Below are positions 48,028 to 62,071 of a stretch of DNA of 64,000 bases, piece after piece; the first letter of the stretch is position 1, and each line of letters starts with the position of its first letter. Origin of the DNA: Selaginella moellendorffii. Lineage: Eukaryota; Plantae; Lycopodiophyta. The translations under genes were made by a program, and so were the position numbers. The stretch lies in the NCBI RefSeq assembly GCF_000143415.4, contig NW_003314268.1, forward strand, positions 666,128 through 730,127, given 5' to 3'. Under the pieces are notes generated by a model. That model searched no databases and was not told the DNA's origin. It was given only the letters and a program-made list of their open reading frames with translations.

Positions 48028-48999
48028 AGCTTGCCCTTTGCAAAATGCCTTTAATGCCCTAACCCTTACTAAATCTATTTCACTTTAATGCGTTCGTTTA
48101 CATTTCTCGGCAGTGACTTAGGCAGCGCCCTGGCTCTTGAAACTCAGGCACGCTGGAACCAGCTCACAGGCTGCATCCCAGAAGATGTTTACACACTCTC
48201 ATCTCTCAATATCTAGACTTGAGTCTGGAACAAGTCCCTGGAGCTGGTTTCTAATGCTTCCAGCTTGAGAGTGCTGATCAAACCAGCTACTGGATACCAT
48301 CTGACCTCAGTAAACTTTCCAGAAGAAAACAAAGAAACGAGATGGTAGCTATAGTAAGTACAGTCTTTATGTGCTTTCTTTGTTGGTGAATGTTTAGATG
48401 CTTACCCTAGATGTGCCATTCTTAACATGCAAACTTTTTGACATGACAAAACTTCAAGAGCATTGAATTCACAAGGTAAGTGCTCTCTATCATTCTCCTT
48501 AAAGCTTATGCTTTACGTCATGCAGGAAAATGCAAGTCATTTTTGGTCATGTTTGCTGTTGAGCTGCATCTTGTTACCAAGCACACATACTTCTGCCACC
48601 AATTTGCTTTTTGAAACTTTTGTATGACATTGAATTTAGCAGACACAAAACTTTTTATTTGTTCTTTTTTAGATACAACGTCCTATGAGTCCATTCTGAG
48701 TTCATCGTCAAGCTCAGGTGGTTCAGAGGAAGGAGGAGAAGCTGTTTTTAGTGATGGAGAGCATGTGGAGTTCGAGGACAATATTAGGGATGATGCTGTT
48801 GCTTATATGGTGGAAGAATCGTCATCAGATGGAGATCATTATGCAGAGAAACTTATTTTCGGTCTCAAGGAGATATTTGATTTCAGCCATATCCCACTAA
48901 AGAAGCAATCTTGAATTCTGAATAAAGAAGAACAATATTTCTATGTATTACAAACAATGCTTTATGAGGGATGCAAGTCGTCTAGCTTCCCAACTTCAA

Positions 49000-51900
49000 C
49001 AACTTCAAATAGTACACTGTTATGACCCAGCACTAAATAACAAAGACAAAGACGTTTAACCTTGCATAAACTATGTTATGCCTTCTCTTGAGGTTCCTTT
49101 AATTATTCTACATATAGTTGAGTTATCAAATAGTGATTAAAAGTCTCTTCCTTTAATCAGAATAGTCTTTTTTGTCATCTTTACTTTGCAAATTTTGCAA
49201 CTTTTTAGTATTCAACTTAATGCTAATAAAAGATTAACTATTCTTTTTTCTTTATTACTTATTCTTCAATTGTGAATAATCAGTTTTATAATATCCAAGT
49301 TCACCACAATGATGATATAAATTGGTGATGATCATAAATTTGGAGTCTAACTTGCCACAACACTTGATACAATCCTTTCTACTAAGCAAAGAGCCCTTTA
49401 AGTAAATTATATACTATAAATTTGGAAAAATAAACAAATACCAATCATCCACTTTATACTCCAGATATGGATAATAATGAGAATTATAACATTGCTATTG
49501 TCTCATTTATATGCAGTAGAAATGTTTAACAAACTTTGATCCAAGTAATTATAAGTAACCAAAAGGAACGACTTGAGAGATGATCCATAGGGGTTCAAAT
49601 ATAAAAGGAAAAGGCCCATGAAAAAGAGTGCACCCCCTTTTCCAATCAGTTAATGGTCTTGGGATATTTGGGGTTAAGTGTCCTTGGGTTTGAATAGTAT
49701 TGGGTTGGGTTCCCGGAAAGTCTAGATTCAAAAGTTTACAGTAGTGCAAGAATGGTAATCAAATATTAATCCTAGATCCTAGCAACTCATAGCAATTGTA
49801 AAAGTAAACTCAACTCTATTAGCAATGTTAGATCATGACCATATATACTTTATATGGTAAAACACCCTATACCTCTATAATATACACATATTGAAGACAT
49901 AAAAAATAACAATCCTAATCTCAATATTAAAAATTCTTATACATTGTGATCATCCTTTTAAAGGTCCAATTAGCTATTTCACCAAATCATTCATTTGAGG
50001 ATGATAAACACTTGTGAAAATGTGATATATCCTTAGTTAAAATGTCAAAATATAAAATGCCTCATCCATAAATGTAGAACTATTGTCTAAAAAAATCAGC
50101 TCTAGATGAGAATGTTAAAACACCACTCAATTAAGGAGAAAGTATTTAACACTTGTCATAGATGTACTAGCATTAGCACTAACTTCTACCTATCAAATAA
50201 AGTAGTAAAAAGCAATAATAACACACTCATTGTTAATAGTTGACTATGAAAAAGGCCTTATCAAATCAAATGCCACTAATTCAATATCAAACTACAATTA
50301 ACTCTAATTATCTTACAATAATAAAGACAGTATTATAAGTTTAGTACTAAACTCAGCTATGCACAAACCGAATAACATCATATCGTATCTTTGACCAATA
50401 GAAAGATTTATATAACTTCTCAGTCATATGATGATATCTCGTATGCCTAACTTAAATAGAAGAGTTATTATGGGTGTGGAGAAAATATAGAATAAGGCAC
50501 CACTAGCCTCAAATATATATCAAAATTAGTCTTCACAAAGTAAAAATGGTCATCCTCAAGGTGATATTGAAAATACAACTATCAAAATAGCAAGTCATCA
50601 ATAACTAATATAGAATTCCTAAACTACCCACAAATCCTTCAAACCCAAAGTTTATCCTTTTGAGTCTCACAAAAGCTCTAGATCTTGTAAATATTGAATA
50701 TCAAACACAACAACTACTAATGATACAAAATCTTTGTTTAGAAAATCTACTAATGTTGAAACAATAGACTTGTTAAAAATATATAAAGAGGTAAAAAAAG
50801 GAGAGGTCAAGAAAGGGTATTAGCATTACATAAAGAGCTTCCTAGGGTAATAAACAACCTCAAAGTTATATAGTTGAAAACTTTATATCCCACTATGTTG
50901 TAAAACTAGTTATAGCGCACCCTATCTCTCTCCCCTTAAGCCAACTGAAAAAGGGGTAATTAATTAATAAAAGAGTTTTTTGTGGCTATTTTATCTCCCA
51001 CGGTGATAGTGTATCTAAATCTCATTCCATAATCATATGTGTTACACTCACCCCCCTTCAAAGATGTCAATGTCCTCATTTACTATTGACTAATAACCCC
51101 TATTGAGCCAAAGGGGAATCAACACTTCCATTTCTGCACTAAATCTACTAATAATTCCATTATATAAACTAGCTATTCCAAGGGAACCAACACTTCTATT
51201 TCCATATTGAATTTACCAATTCTTTTATTATGTAAATCAGCTATTCCATGTGAGGCAATTAGTCATCCACTCATACCACAGTTCCACAGTGGATACTTTC
51301 GTTCGTGGATGCTCTACTAAGAGGAAGGATGTACATATGGATGCCCAATACGTACGATTTCAAATTTAGGAGTAGGAATATATGTTGCTCAAGGGTATAT
51401 TATATTTTTAAGTAACTACTAATTAATAGGATTTGAACCCGTGCCATTTACTCTGATACCACACTATCTTTCTCCCCTTAAACCAACTGGAAAAGGATGA
51501 GAGAACCCTTAGTGGCTATTTTATCCTTATTTATTCCTGAAAGTTCCAAGAATCCACAATAACAATATATCCAAATTTTATGCCATGATTAGATGCACCA
51601 CATTAGCAAAATTCTTCCATTTAATAATGAAAAGACTACAACATAATCACCTTTTAACAATGTCTAAAAACTATGCAAATACGTATAAATATTTTTGAAA
51701 CTTCTATTTTCATGGAGTAGTTCACCTCCATTAATTGCAACATATGGCTAATATACACAATAGAATTATATTAACCAAACACAATCATGCTCTTTTGCAA
51801 CAACACACCTTTGAGATAATGTCAAAAGCATTTACAAAAGGTTGAGTGTAGTCAAAATACTCAAAAACTAGAAAAATTGTCAACACATCTTTAAGATCTA

Positions 51901-52900
51901 CGAATGTCTATTCACAATCCCAAATTAGATGAAAAATAATATGAACAACTTCATTAATGCTTGCAATGATAAAAAAGACAATAACATGAAAAAGATATTA
52001 CACCTTGCCAAGAAAGTATTGCATATTGTTCATGCATTTTGGAGTAGAGAACTTCATAACATCCACAAGTTTGTCAGAATCAATTTGTAAATTTTCATGA
52101 AAAATATAATACTCAAGATATATGCATTTTAACTGTATCAATGTCAAATTAACTTCCTATAGCTGATCCCAATGTTTTACAAACATCACAAGTGTGTTCC
52201 TCCTATGTCCCTTTAAAGTGGATCAAGACATTATCAATGAAATCAATAGTCACCTTTAACATATTGTAAAGAATATCATCCAAAAAGTCTCCAAAGAATT
52301 ATTCAATCTATACAGCATCATAAAAAATTTATATAAATTAAATGGGTTATAAAAAGTAATATTTAGAACATCCTCCTTATATAAACAACTAAATCACTTA
52401 ACCACACATTTGACCACTTGGAGGAGTTTCACTCACCATTTTTATAAATTTTATTCCCATCTTAAGGACTTGCTAGCCTCATGAATGACTTGTGTGCCAC
52501 TCAACTTTTGCACTTGGTCCAAATGCTCCAAATGTCAAATCCCACAATAAACACCTAAAGATACCAATGATATATCATCCTATTATACTAAGGCTATATC
52601 CATTCACCTTTATTTAATTGGTAGTCTAGAACCACCTATACCACAATATTGTGTCCCAAAGATTGGGCCATTTGTCCATGAGTGGTCATCTTATGACCAC
52701 ATTTTAACATCCTTAAGATGCCTAGAGACATAGAAAACACCCTTCTTTAATATCCCATTTTCAATCTCCATCTAATCCTTTTCCATCCATAGTTGTGCTT
52801 GCCAACACTACCATTGTGTTAGCCCAAAGGCTTGAAGGCCTGACCATTAAGTCCTATCCACCTCTAAAACTTCCTTGCCATGTGATTATATGCTTGGTCA
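49000..52900 (-). mobile_element. Decayed Ty3/Gypsy-like pol remnant, same family as 9480-11240
   Basis: RT relic NMLKVTIDFIDNVLIH at about 52225-52265 on the minus strand; PPT-like aaagggggtg at about 49631-49640; extreme AT bias. Confidence 0.6.
50911..51602 (-). mobile_element. TRIM-like miniature LTR element (about 690 bp) nested in the Gypsy remnant
   Basis: Direct repeats of about 140 bp (50911-51046 and about 51462-51602), iMet PBS TGGTATCAGAG (reverse complement at 51451-51461), PPT AAGGGGGGTGAG (51047-51058), flanks CTAGT/TTAGC and a non-coding interior. Confidence 0.75.
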
Positions 52901-53379
52901 CTACACAAGAGGATTACTCTTTGTCCTTTCCACAGTCTAGGACTTTAGGATAATATTTCGAAACACTATAGCCCAATGCGAACCTTGTGGGTACTCTCCC
53001 CACCTTCTGCCTCTAGGTGCCCTAGCCATGTGGCCCATACCAAATATCCAAGTAGGTAGTAACACCTACACTTCTATAAGACACAAATCCTTAAACCCTA
53101 AACTCTAGACCACTTAAGTAGTTTAAGGGAAATTAAAACCTTTCTATCTTTGCTCTTCTTGCAATAGCTATCTAGAGTGGAGCCAAGAGGGTGCCATGTA
53201 GTAATGGTTGAAGTGGAAGCCAGACAAGCGTAACACATTTGAATTAAAAGCTTTAACTCAAAAAGTTGAGAGCAAGAGTGGAACTCCCATTAAAAGCATA
53301 AAGCAATCAATAAGCAAGCCTCTAGAAAAGGGAAACAAAAGGATCAACATATGACACGTGGAAGTGTCAGAATTGAGTC

Positions 53380-53720
53380 CGAGATGGACCTGAGATGGAA
53401 TCCGAGAAGGAGTCCAAGATAGAGTTCGAATTGAAGTTTGAGATAGATGCGAGATGGAGTCTGAGAAAGAGTCCGAGATGGACTTGAGATAGACCCAAGA
53501 TGAAGCCTGAGATAGAGTTTGACATGGACCTAAGATCAAGTCTAGATGGAGTCTAAGAAGGAGTCTGAGATAGAGTCCAAAATGGAGCCCAAAATGGAGC
53601 TTGAGACAGGGACCGGGATTGGGACCAAGATAGAGGCCAAGACCTAAATCGAGTCCAAGACCAAATCCAAGACTGAGTCCAAGACCTAGTCCAAGTTTGA
53701 GTTTGAATCTGAGGTGAAAT
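53380..53720. repeat. Degenerate 12-bp tandem array (GAGATGGAGTCC-like)
   Basis: Recurrent gagatggagtct, gagatagagtcc and gagatggacttg units. Confidence 0.7.
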
Positions 53721-54069
53721 CCCAAAGTAATTATTTCCCAAGTGAGCTTTAAAAGGATAGTAAGGGGAGGACTTCAGTGGAACTAATTTGGCTAGTAAAA
53801 CCAATGTGGCTAAGGAAGGTTATACCCATATGGTGGGTGATGATATAACCATTGAGAAGTCCAAGACTAAAGTGAATATAAATAGACAAGCAGGGTAACT
53901 TGGTGAAGTATTCAAGAGCCAACTCTAGCTCCCCCGGGAGATTGAATAGTCAATGCTCCCAATTTAAGTGTGGGTGGCACTACCTACTTGGATACCTAGC
54001 ATTGCTCATCAAAACCTTGCTCTATCCACATGGCTAGGGCACCCAAAGGCAGAAGGTGGAAAGAGTATC

Positions 54070-57000
54070 TATTAGGGCATTTTTTAGCCCCAACTATGGA
54101 TCCATCCCTCACATATAAACTCACAAAGCCAGAATTTCAAACTCAACTACAAGAGAAAATGGGGAGGACCCTTAATATTTTACCCTCGCATGGTTTTTAT
54201 ACAATCATTTGGAATATTTTGAGAATCAAAATATCCTCTCCCTCTCTCTCAAGACACCCATATCTACAACTGGGGAGTAGGAGTAGTAGTGGGAGTAGGA
54301 ATAAAAATAGGGGTAGAAGTAGGAGTAAGAGTGGGGCAAGAGTAGGGTTAGGAGCAAGAGTAAGAGTTGCTTCTCTAGTTGCAGCACGTGATGCGAGGAG
54401 AAGGCAGCAATGAACTAGTGCCACAACAAGCAATTATTGGTGGGTGCACAAGACTTTGGTGTGCAAGAACCCATGGCTAAGATGCTCCCATGTGCTAGAA
54501 TGTAGTGTCTAGAGTGGGGTAATTGCTGAAACAAAGAGAAATGGAAAAGAAAACAAAAGATGAAAATAAAAAATAAAATAAAGATGAAAGTAGAAGATGG
54601 GAAAGGAGTTTAAAGTGCAAAGATACAGGGAAAACCTAGTGGGAAACTATGTGGTTGAATTAGATACTCAAGAAAGTAGGAAAAGAGGGAAAAAAGAGGA
54701 AAAAAGAGCAAAAAAACCAAATGGAAAGAAGCTCAAACACTCTCGAAAGTGAATATGCAAATGCAATCTCAAGCTCATGTAGTTTGTGCTCAAAACTTTG
54801 GCTGAGAATGAAGAAGAAAACATAAAGACTATATTGCCTAATGGTGGTAACTATGAAATAAAAGATGAACTATAATGGAAGAAAGTGATGATAGGGGATC
54901 TTAATAGATGGATGATATGATTGAGTGTGTCCAAGGATGGGCTCTAATCTGATGTAGTGAAATGTGAAGTCATAGCTACTGCTCACACCAAAAACTGCTG
55001 TTCAAAAGGTGGCAAATTGTTTCACTTATGATTTGAGCTAGAAGAAAAGGGTGTTGCCTTTGTTAGCCACACCTTTGAAAGCAGTTGGATGCCCTTTGCA
55101 ATCAGGCTATTCTACTAGAAGAAGAAATCAGTTCTAAAAAGAAGAAAGTTGCAATATGTGACTAGTTCATTGAATATCTCACATGTTGTGCATGAGAATA
55201 TCTTGATTTGTGTTTTTGCTTGTCTAGAAGAGCCTTTATGATGAAGTGTTGTCCACAAATGTCTAGTATGAATTGATGATGAATGGTGGAAAATGTGAAA
55301 GATATTATTAGGTATGTGTAGTGTGTGGTAGAGAATTCTAGAGTATAGATGATATAGAATGGTGATGAAAATGTGAGGATGGAACTGATGTAGGGAAAAA
55401 AACTAAAGAAATGAAGCACAAATCAACAAGAGTCGAGAAATTTTCATATAATCAATAATGCAGCTAGAGCATGTTCATTAAAAGAGACTTTCTCCACATA
55501 ATTCCTTGACCTGAAAAAAGATGTAAAAAGAGTGAGAGCAGAAAGAAAAACAAAAAAAAAACAAAAAAAGTAAAAAAATAAGTGCAAGTGGCTTCTGTGA
55601 TGGGTGATGATGATGGAAGCATCAAGAGGATGCAAGGAATCCTATAGAAGGCCTAGAATGCCACTGAAACTAACTTAGTCACCCTCAAGTGCTAGATTGC
55701 ATCGAAAATGCCTAAGGTGGTGAATAATGTCATTGTAAGAGAATCTAGGATGCTGGAACTGCTTGGAAGGATGGGAGCCTCCTGAGGATGGTAGAAAGTG
55801 TCCCCAAGGACCTATGGAAGTCATCATGTGTCGCTGATGAAGATCTAGTGGTTGAGTGAAGTGTTGATAGTGTCGGAGAATGCTTCAAGTGTTGTAGCAG
55901 GATGAAGTTGGGATCCAGCCATGAACCTTAGTTTGGGAAGAGCTGAGATGAGGTGCCAAGTTGGGAGAAACTCCAAGGAAAAGTCGAGATGCTGCTAGAA
56001 AATGCCTGCCACCTTTATGTCATGGTCGTATCCCAAGTGAGTAGCAAGGCTGGATTGCAAGTCTGGGGTGAGAAGTGCCACCAAGAGTGTAGTCACTAAG
56101 CTGGAAAGTCAAAAGTGTACTCAAAAGTGTTGATGTAGTCCATTCCATGTTGAAGAAGTCAATCATATTGTAGTCAACAACTTGGATCTCCAACAGCGTG
56201 TCATCCTCGATAAGTTTCAGGAAAAAAACCTTGAGAGCCTAGTCAACTTCAATAATGGAAGAAGCATCCACTTGAGACAAGCTAGATGGAAGTAGAGAAT
56301 GACCATGGGTATTGAGAAGAGTTGCTACATAGATGCTGTCGGTAATCATTGATTCTCCCTTGGCCCAAGTTGTCATGTAAGTTCGTCCTAAGATAATGGA
56401 GTCCTTCAGCTTCCCAAATCCTAGCTGTTGGAAGTCCACAACAAGGAAATTTAGTATGGAAACCACTCCTTGCACCAAGATCTTGACATTCCAACAGATG
56501 CTTGTAAGAACAATTCAGTGATTGGCTAACATTTTGAGGATGATAGTTGTGTTTCTCACCACTTCCAAGCCACTAGAAAGTGCCAAGTTGAGGGAGATGA
56601 TGTTGCTCTGGGATCTAGAATCAAGTAATGCTTGTGTTGTCAAAGATCTATCGCTGATATGGACCTCCACAAAGAATGCTTCGGGATCATAAGTGGTCTG
56701 AGTGTTGATGATGTGGATGTCATACTAATGTTCCATGGGGATGCTTGTGGACTTGGCAAGGCCTCTAGCTAAGGAGTAAAACCAGGTACATATTGCAAAA
56801 GCTCACCAAGTGTGATCTAGACTGAAGTGTCAACAATCTAAGCAAGAACCTCTTATGGGACTTGAGAAAGAGTGGAGGGCAGCTGGGAGACCCCACATTG
56901 AAAGTTGGATGAATATCCAGTTGTTGGATTTGAAGTTGTGGCCAAGGATGTGGGTGGCATTGCAAATACCGAAGCATGGGGTAACTTGCATGCCATGAGA

Positions 57001-59728
57001 GATGGGGAAGTTCTAGAAACTAGAGTTGGATCTTGCTCACCATCATAGCAGCCATTTTATAACCGTCCTCTACAACATAAACTATGTTGACATGCATCAG
57101 TGTCTTTCCATAGCTCAACGAAAGGGTGTCTTCGATCACTTTCTACTCCAATTGTTGCTGGTATCTATCTCTAGCCATGGAAGAAATATGTTGTCTGGTA
57201 GAAGTTACTGTTGAACATGCTGGACAAAAGGTGATTGAAGTTCTAAGTGAAGCTTCCAACATCTCTCTATGCTGTGTATCATAACATCGCAATGCGAATA
57301 GTACCAAGAACGAAGAGGGCATCTTAGTCTCCCTACCTACTGTAAGCGGCATGCTTTAAGCTCCTCAAGTAGCTTCTCTTGCATTTATCATTGCTGCTAG
57401 ATAATCTCCTTGTATCTTGCACGCTTTGACAATGCCTTCTCGATCATTGAGGGAACTCTATCATCACTGTGCAGGGCTGGAGAAGAATGGATCATGGTAG
57501 CACACGAGCTCTCATCTGAAGGTGGGAGGAAAACCTGCTCTACCCTAGGAATCTTGAAATCTTGGAGAAGATCCCACTTCAAAGTCTCTACTACAGCAAA
57601 TGCCTCATAACACATCCAAAACTCTTGCTTAAACATCTTGCATTTGAGATTTCCCTTGAGGCCAAAGATGAATGTAGTGATGCCATGAAGTTCATTTGTG
57701 ATGAGGACACACTCCTTCTAGTAAAACCTAAACCACATCACATATTCTGGCACAGATTCACGTGCTCCTTGCCAAAAAACGAACAAATCCATGAGTAAGT
57801 GATTTGTTGGTCATTGCTAATCAAAGTGACCTTAGAAAGATGCTTTGAATGTGGAGTTGTCAGCCATATCTACCTCCAAGAGTGTCTCTACCCACGTTTC
57901 TGCTCGGCTAGTGAGCGATTGTAAGAAGTCGCAAAGCTTGTGATCATCCTCGATGATGCCATTCAACCTGTAATATTGCTTGAAATGAGTGACATGTGTA
58001 TTGGCAAAGATGTCGCCATTGCCAGATAAATATGTCAAGTCAGTGCCTCGCTGTAGAATGTGGATTTATGTAAGAAGAGCCATGGATGGTGGACTCCCTG
58101 ACTCGATATCTGTAATGAATGATGAATCTTCCTCATCAAAAAGAGTAGTTTGATAATTGAACTCTCGTAGAAGGTGTGAAAAATGTCCCCATACCCTAGG
58201 CACTGTATGGAAGTTTGCTAGTTGCCATCTCTAACTGGAACAAGTGCGAACTAGCATAAAATGTCCACTGTGTAATAGATGCCAGGTTGTGGAAAATACA
58301 ACGCACTAAGAACTTTGACTTGTGTGAGAGCAAAGTATCTAAATGGGATAACTCCAAATAAAAGAGTATCCTCATGTAGATTTTCCCAAATAAAATCACT
58401 TTCACTCTTGCAAATGCCAATTTCTCACAACAAAAGAAAAAAATATTGCAAAGAAAAGAGGGAAAAAAGAAAAAATTAAACTCCGATACTCAAAATGCCT
58501 AAGAGGAAAATATTTGCATGGAAATCTCTTGACTTTGCACACAAAAATGGGTGTGGATGGACTTGTTTAAAAGTTTATACTCAAACCAAGAAAATGAAAC
58601 CAAAACCATGAGTTAAAATGCCTAAAATCTCAAAAAAAAATTGATTCAAACATTAAATTCTAGACAATAAGAAGGAAAACAAAAGAAAATGCACTCCCTA
58701 GTACAAGAAACACTCATTTTTAACATTGGTAAAAGGTAATAACATGGCTGTAATGATTTCCATGAGAATGACACCTCAAATTCCCTCAAGATTAAGCTAG
58801 AAACTTGCAAATTTGAGTTATGAAGCACTGTGAGAGAAAAATTACTCCATGTCATAACTTAAAGTGAATTGGCTACCAAGAAAGGACTCTCCGAAAAGCT
58901 TGTCTTTAGATTTACATGTCCAGAAAAAAATTTTCTTGAATCAGTCCCAAAATTGCAAGTTTAGAGTGTTGAAAAATTTGCCATGAAAAATAGAGGAGTG
59001 TGATGGACAAAATTTCATTGAATTAGTAATTGAATCCTCCACAAAACAAGGTGCTCTTTAGCTTGTTGGAAAGAGGATGCCAAGTCATATTGACCCAAAG
59101 AAAGAAAAACCAGAATCAATATACTAATCATGAGAAATCACTAGAAAACCAAGTGGAAAGAGGTAATGTAGAAAATTAATGCAACGAAAAAAATCTTTAA
59201 ACTTACACTTTAGATTCATGGAAGTTGAAACCCCTAATGGTCCTAGGGTCTCTAAGAATATGAATCTAACCCCTAGAACTCAAGATTTTTCTCAATTTCC
59301 TAAAACAAACTCTCCATTCTTTCAAAAAAACTAAACTAGCTTATTCATGTTGAGTTCACCAAGTTTTAGGTCATCTTTCAGTCCTAACCACGGATCCATC
59401 CCTCACATACAAATTCACAAAATCGTAATTCCAAACTTAATTGCCAAAAGAAATAGGGAGGACCTTTGATATTTAGCCTTTATGGAGTTTTACTATTTGG
59501 AATATTTTGAGAATCAAAATTTCCTCTCCCTATCTCTCAAAACACCCATAGCTACAACCAGAGAGTAGGAGTGAGAGTAAGAGTGGGAGCAACAATAGTA
59601 GTAAGACCGGGAGTAGGAGTAAAAGCGGAAGTAAAAATAGGAGCAAGGGTAGAAGTGGGAGTAAGAGTGATCTCTTTGGCTATAATATGTGACGTAAAGA
59701 TAAGCAACAATAAATTAGTGTTGCAACA
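54070..59728 (-). mobile_element. Decayed LTR element with gag and aspartic protease relics only
   Basis: Direct repeats at about 54070-54428 and 59365-59728, both ending ...CAACA (TG on the minus strand). Gag-like relic HFKQYYRLNG..FLQSLTSRAETW (57832-58038). Protease relics ALLDSRSQSNII (about 56600-56640) and IILGRTY. No RT or integrase relic seen. Confidence 0.7.
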
Positions 59729-60758
59729 CTTGAAACAAGAAATGCACCCAAGTCTTAGGATTTAGAAGGTATTGTGATTAAGTTTTGTTGTACCTAGGCA
59801 TGTAAAAAACCTAGAGGCTTGGTGTGTTTAACTGGTTGTGCCTATAAGGAGTGTAATTAAATCTTAAGTCTAATTTAACCCGAGGAGGGGGATTAAAAGA
59901 AAAATTTACAAATCTATAGATGGATGGCTAACACTCCATTGCTTGTGCAGTGAGTAGTTAAATCCAAGTAGAACCAAGTAGGAGATGGTATAATAAGTGG
60001 GGACCTTGGCAAGGGAACTTAATTAATGCCAAGGCAAAGGTGGTCAAATAGAAAAGGTAAGTTGGCAAATTAGAAAAAAAATATTTATGGCTTATATCAA
60101 ACTCCAAACCCTTTGTGCAACAAAATGAAGATTTGGTACACACTTAATATCTTTTACGAACACTAACTCCCCATATCCAACTTTTGCATGTAAAATAGTA
60201 TTAGATGGTGTTTAGCCCAATTCTGGCATACTGGTGGCCTATAACAAAAAGGTGGATACCCCACTGACTAAAGCAACATGGAACTTGAGATTATTCCTAA
60301 GCTAGATGCAGAATCATGGCAATACAATCTAGCAGGAGCCAAATTAATATCTTAGATGGTCAACAATGCTTCCAAATACTATCTTTACTATACATTTAAA
60401 ACCCCCCACAACCCCTCATCCCTCACCCTAGAAAAATGTATGCTTTTAGGCTTTCACCCCAATCTCAAGAACTAGTTTATGGGATTTGAAAATTTACTAA
60501 ATATGGAATAGAACTAAATTGTGAATTGGGATGTAGGAACAACACTATGGCAGTCTCTAAATTCCATAGATATGCCTTTTAGATAAATTTAACCACTTAC
60601 TATAAATAGCAGCAAGGACTGAATGGGACTAATACATAAGGTATGATAGTGAGGCTGTTTGGTGCACACAATAAGTTATCATAAAGCATTATTGAGGAAC
60701 TATACTCAACATATGAGGGTTCTTGTCATTAGCTAGTGCAACATATAACACATTTAGC

Positions 60759-60858
60759 NNNNNNNNNNNNNNNNNNNNNNNNNNNNNNNNNNNNNNNNNN
60801 NNNNNNNNNNNNNNNNNNNNNNNNNNNNNNNNNNNNNNNNNNNNNNNNNNNNNNNNNN
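60759..60858. other. Assembly gap (100 N)
   Basis: Run of N within AT-rich repeat DNA. Confidence 1.
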
Positions 60859-62048
60859 TTGATACCTAAAGCCACATTTATGATATTTTACAATATATGC
60901 CCAATGTACATGATAGAATGATGCTAACTAGGCATAATTATGCTAATTGTGAAATTTTGGAATTTGGTGAATATGACGTTCTACTTGGACTTTTAATACA
61001 AAAAAATACACTAAGAATATTAGGAAATCCTCTTGATTGGAACTTTGGACACATCTAGAAATATTGTTGTTGAGAAGAAACAAATTAATATCCTTGCAAG
61101 GACTTTATATTGCCAAAATAACCTAGTGTTTTGGAGATTGTAGCATCTTTGTCAAGTTCTTCTAGTCAAGCTGGTAAAACTCACTAGTCTATTGGTATTT
61201 AGAAGTGCCCTTATAATAAAGTTGGTTGGGCTCACTAGTCCCTCAGGGGGTTTTTTCTAAAATTTAAGAGCACTCGATTCCTCATGGTTGTCAAGAGTGT
61301 ATAATAGAAGTATATGATTTTTTAGTTTATGACTTTCTTCTAGCCAATTCACCAAATTCACCTAGGTGTTAGGACCAAACATTACACAATAAATAAAATA
61401 TTAAACACATACCATCTACAAGATCTCTTCTAGTTATGAGGTCTATAGGCAAAACTTTAAGGATATAGTTGAAGTATGAAGAACAAAGAAGCAATTAAAA
61501 ACACAAAGGCTTTGATTTTCTTACTGTCCCAAACATTTCAATCAGCAATGTTAATCTAACTTTTCTTTGATCTCTTGGGCAGTTTTCCACCATAAAGGAT
61601 TAAAGGACAATAGTAATATTGATGGTAGAGGGAAAGAAAATAGGAAAAGTAAAGAATAATTGAGTAAGTGAGTGTTGTGATGGAAAATAATAAGTTTTAA
61701 TCTTTAGGCAGCAGTGCTTCTTTGTATTCACTTATGTTGGTGTTGTTGGAGTTTTTGCTTCACATAAATATCCTATTTAAATACTATGATTTATTAAAAA
61801 ATTAAAAAACTATATCATTAATCTAATTTTAAATCCATTTTTATTTATTTAAAATATAAATTTTTTATTACTTTTATTGTAACAATTTCTATAAAGTTTT
61901 TAACATTAATTGTTATATTAAGAATTTTAAAATATCATTATTTTAATATTTTTTAGATAAAATATATTTTATTATCAGCTAATACAATTGTAAAAAATTT
62001 AGTAGTTGTATACCAGTCTGGTGTTATACTTTAAGAATACCTTTATAT

Positions 62049-62071
62049 TGTGTGTGTGTGTGTGTGTGTGT
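62049..62071. repeat. (TG)n microsatellite
   Basis: Uninterrupted run of TG dinucleotides. Confidence 0.9.

Noticed and set aside
48624-48914. Acidic 96-aa ORF
   Set aside because: Possible exon relic, but no family motif or coherent gene model.
50911-51602. Cassandra-type TRIM
   Set aside because: No 5S rRNA-like sequence is recognisable in the LTRs.
53258-54433. ORFs with LGLGLG and RSRS or PLLLL repeats
   Set aside because: Translations of tandem repeats within TE/LTR DNA.
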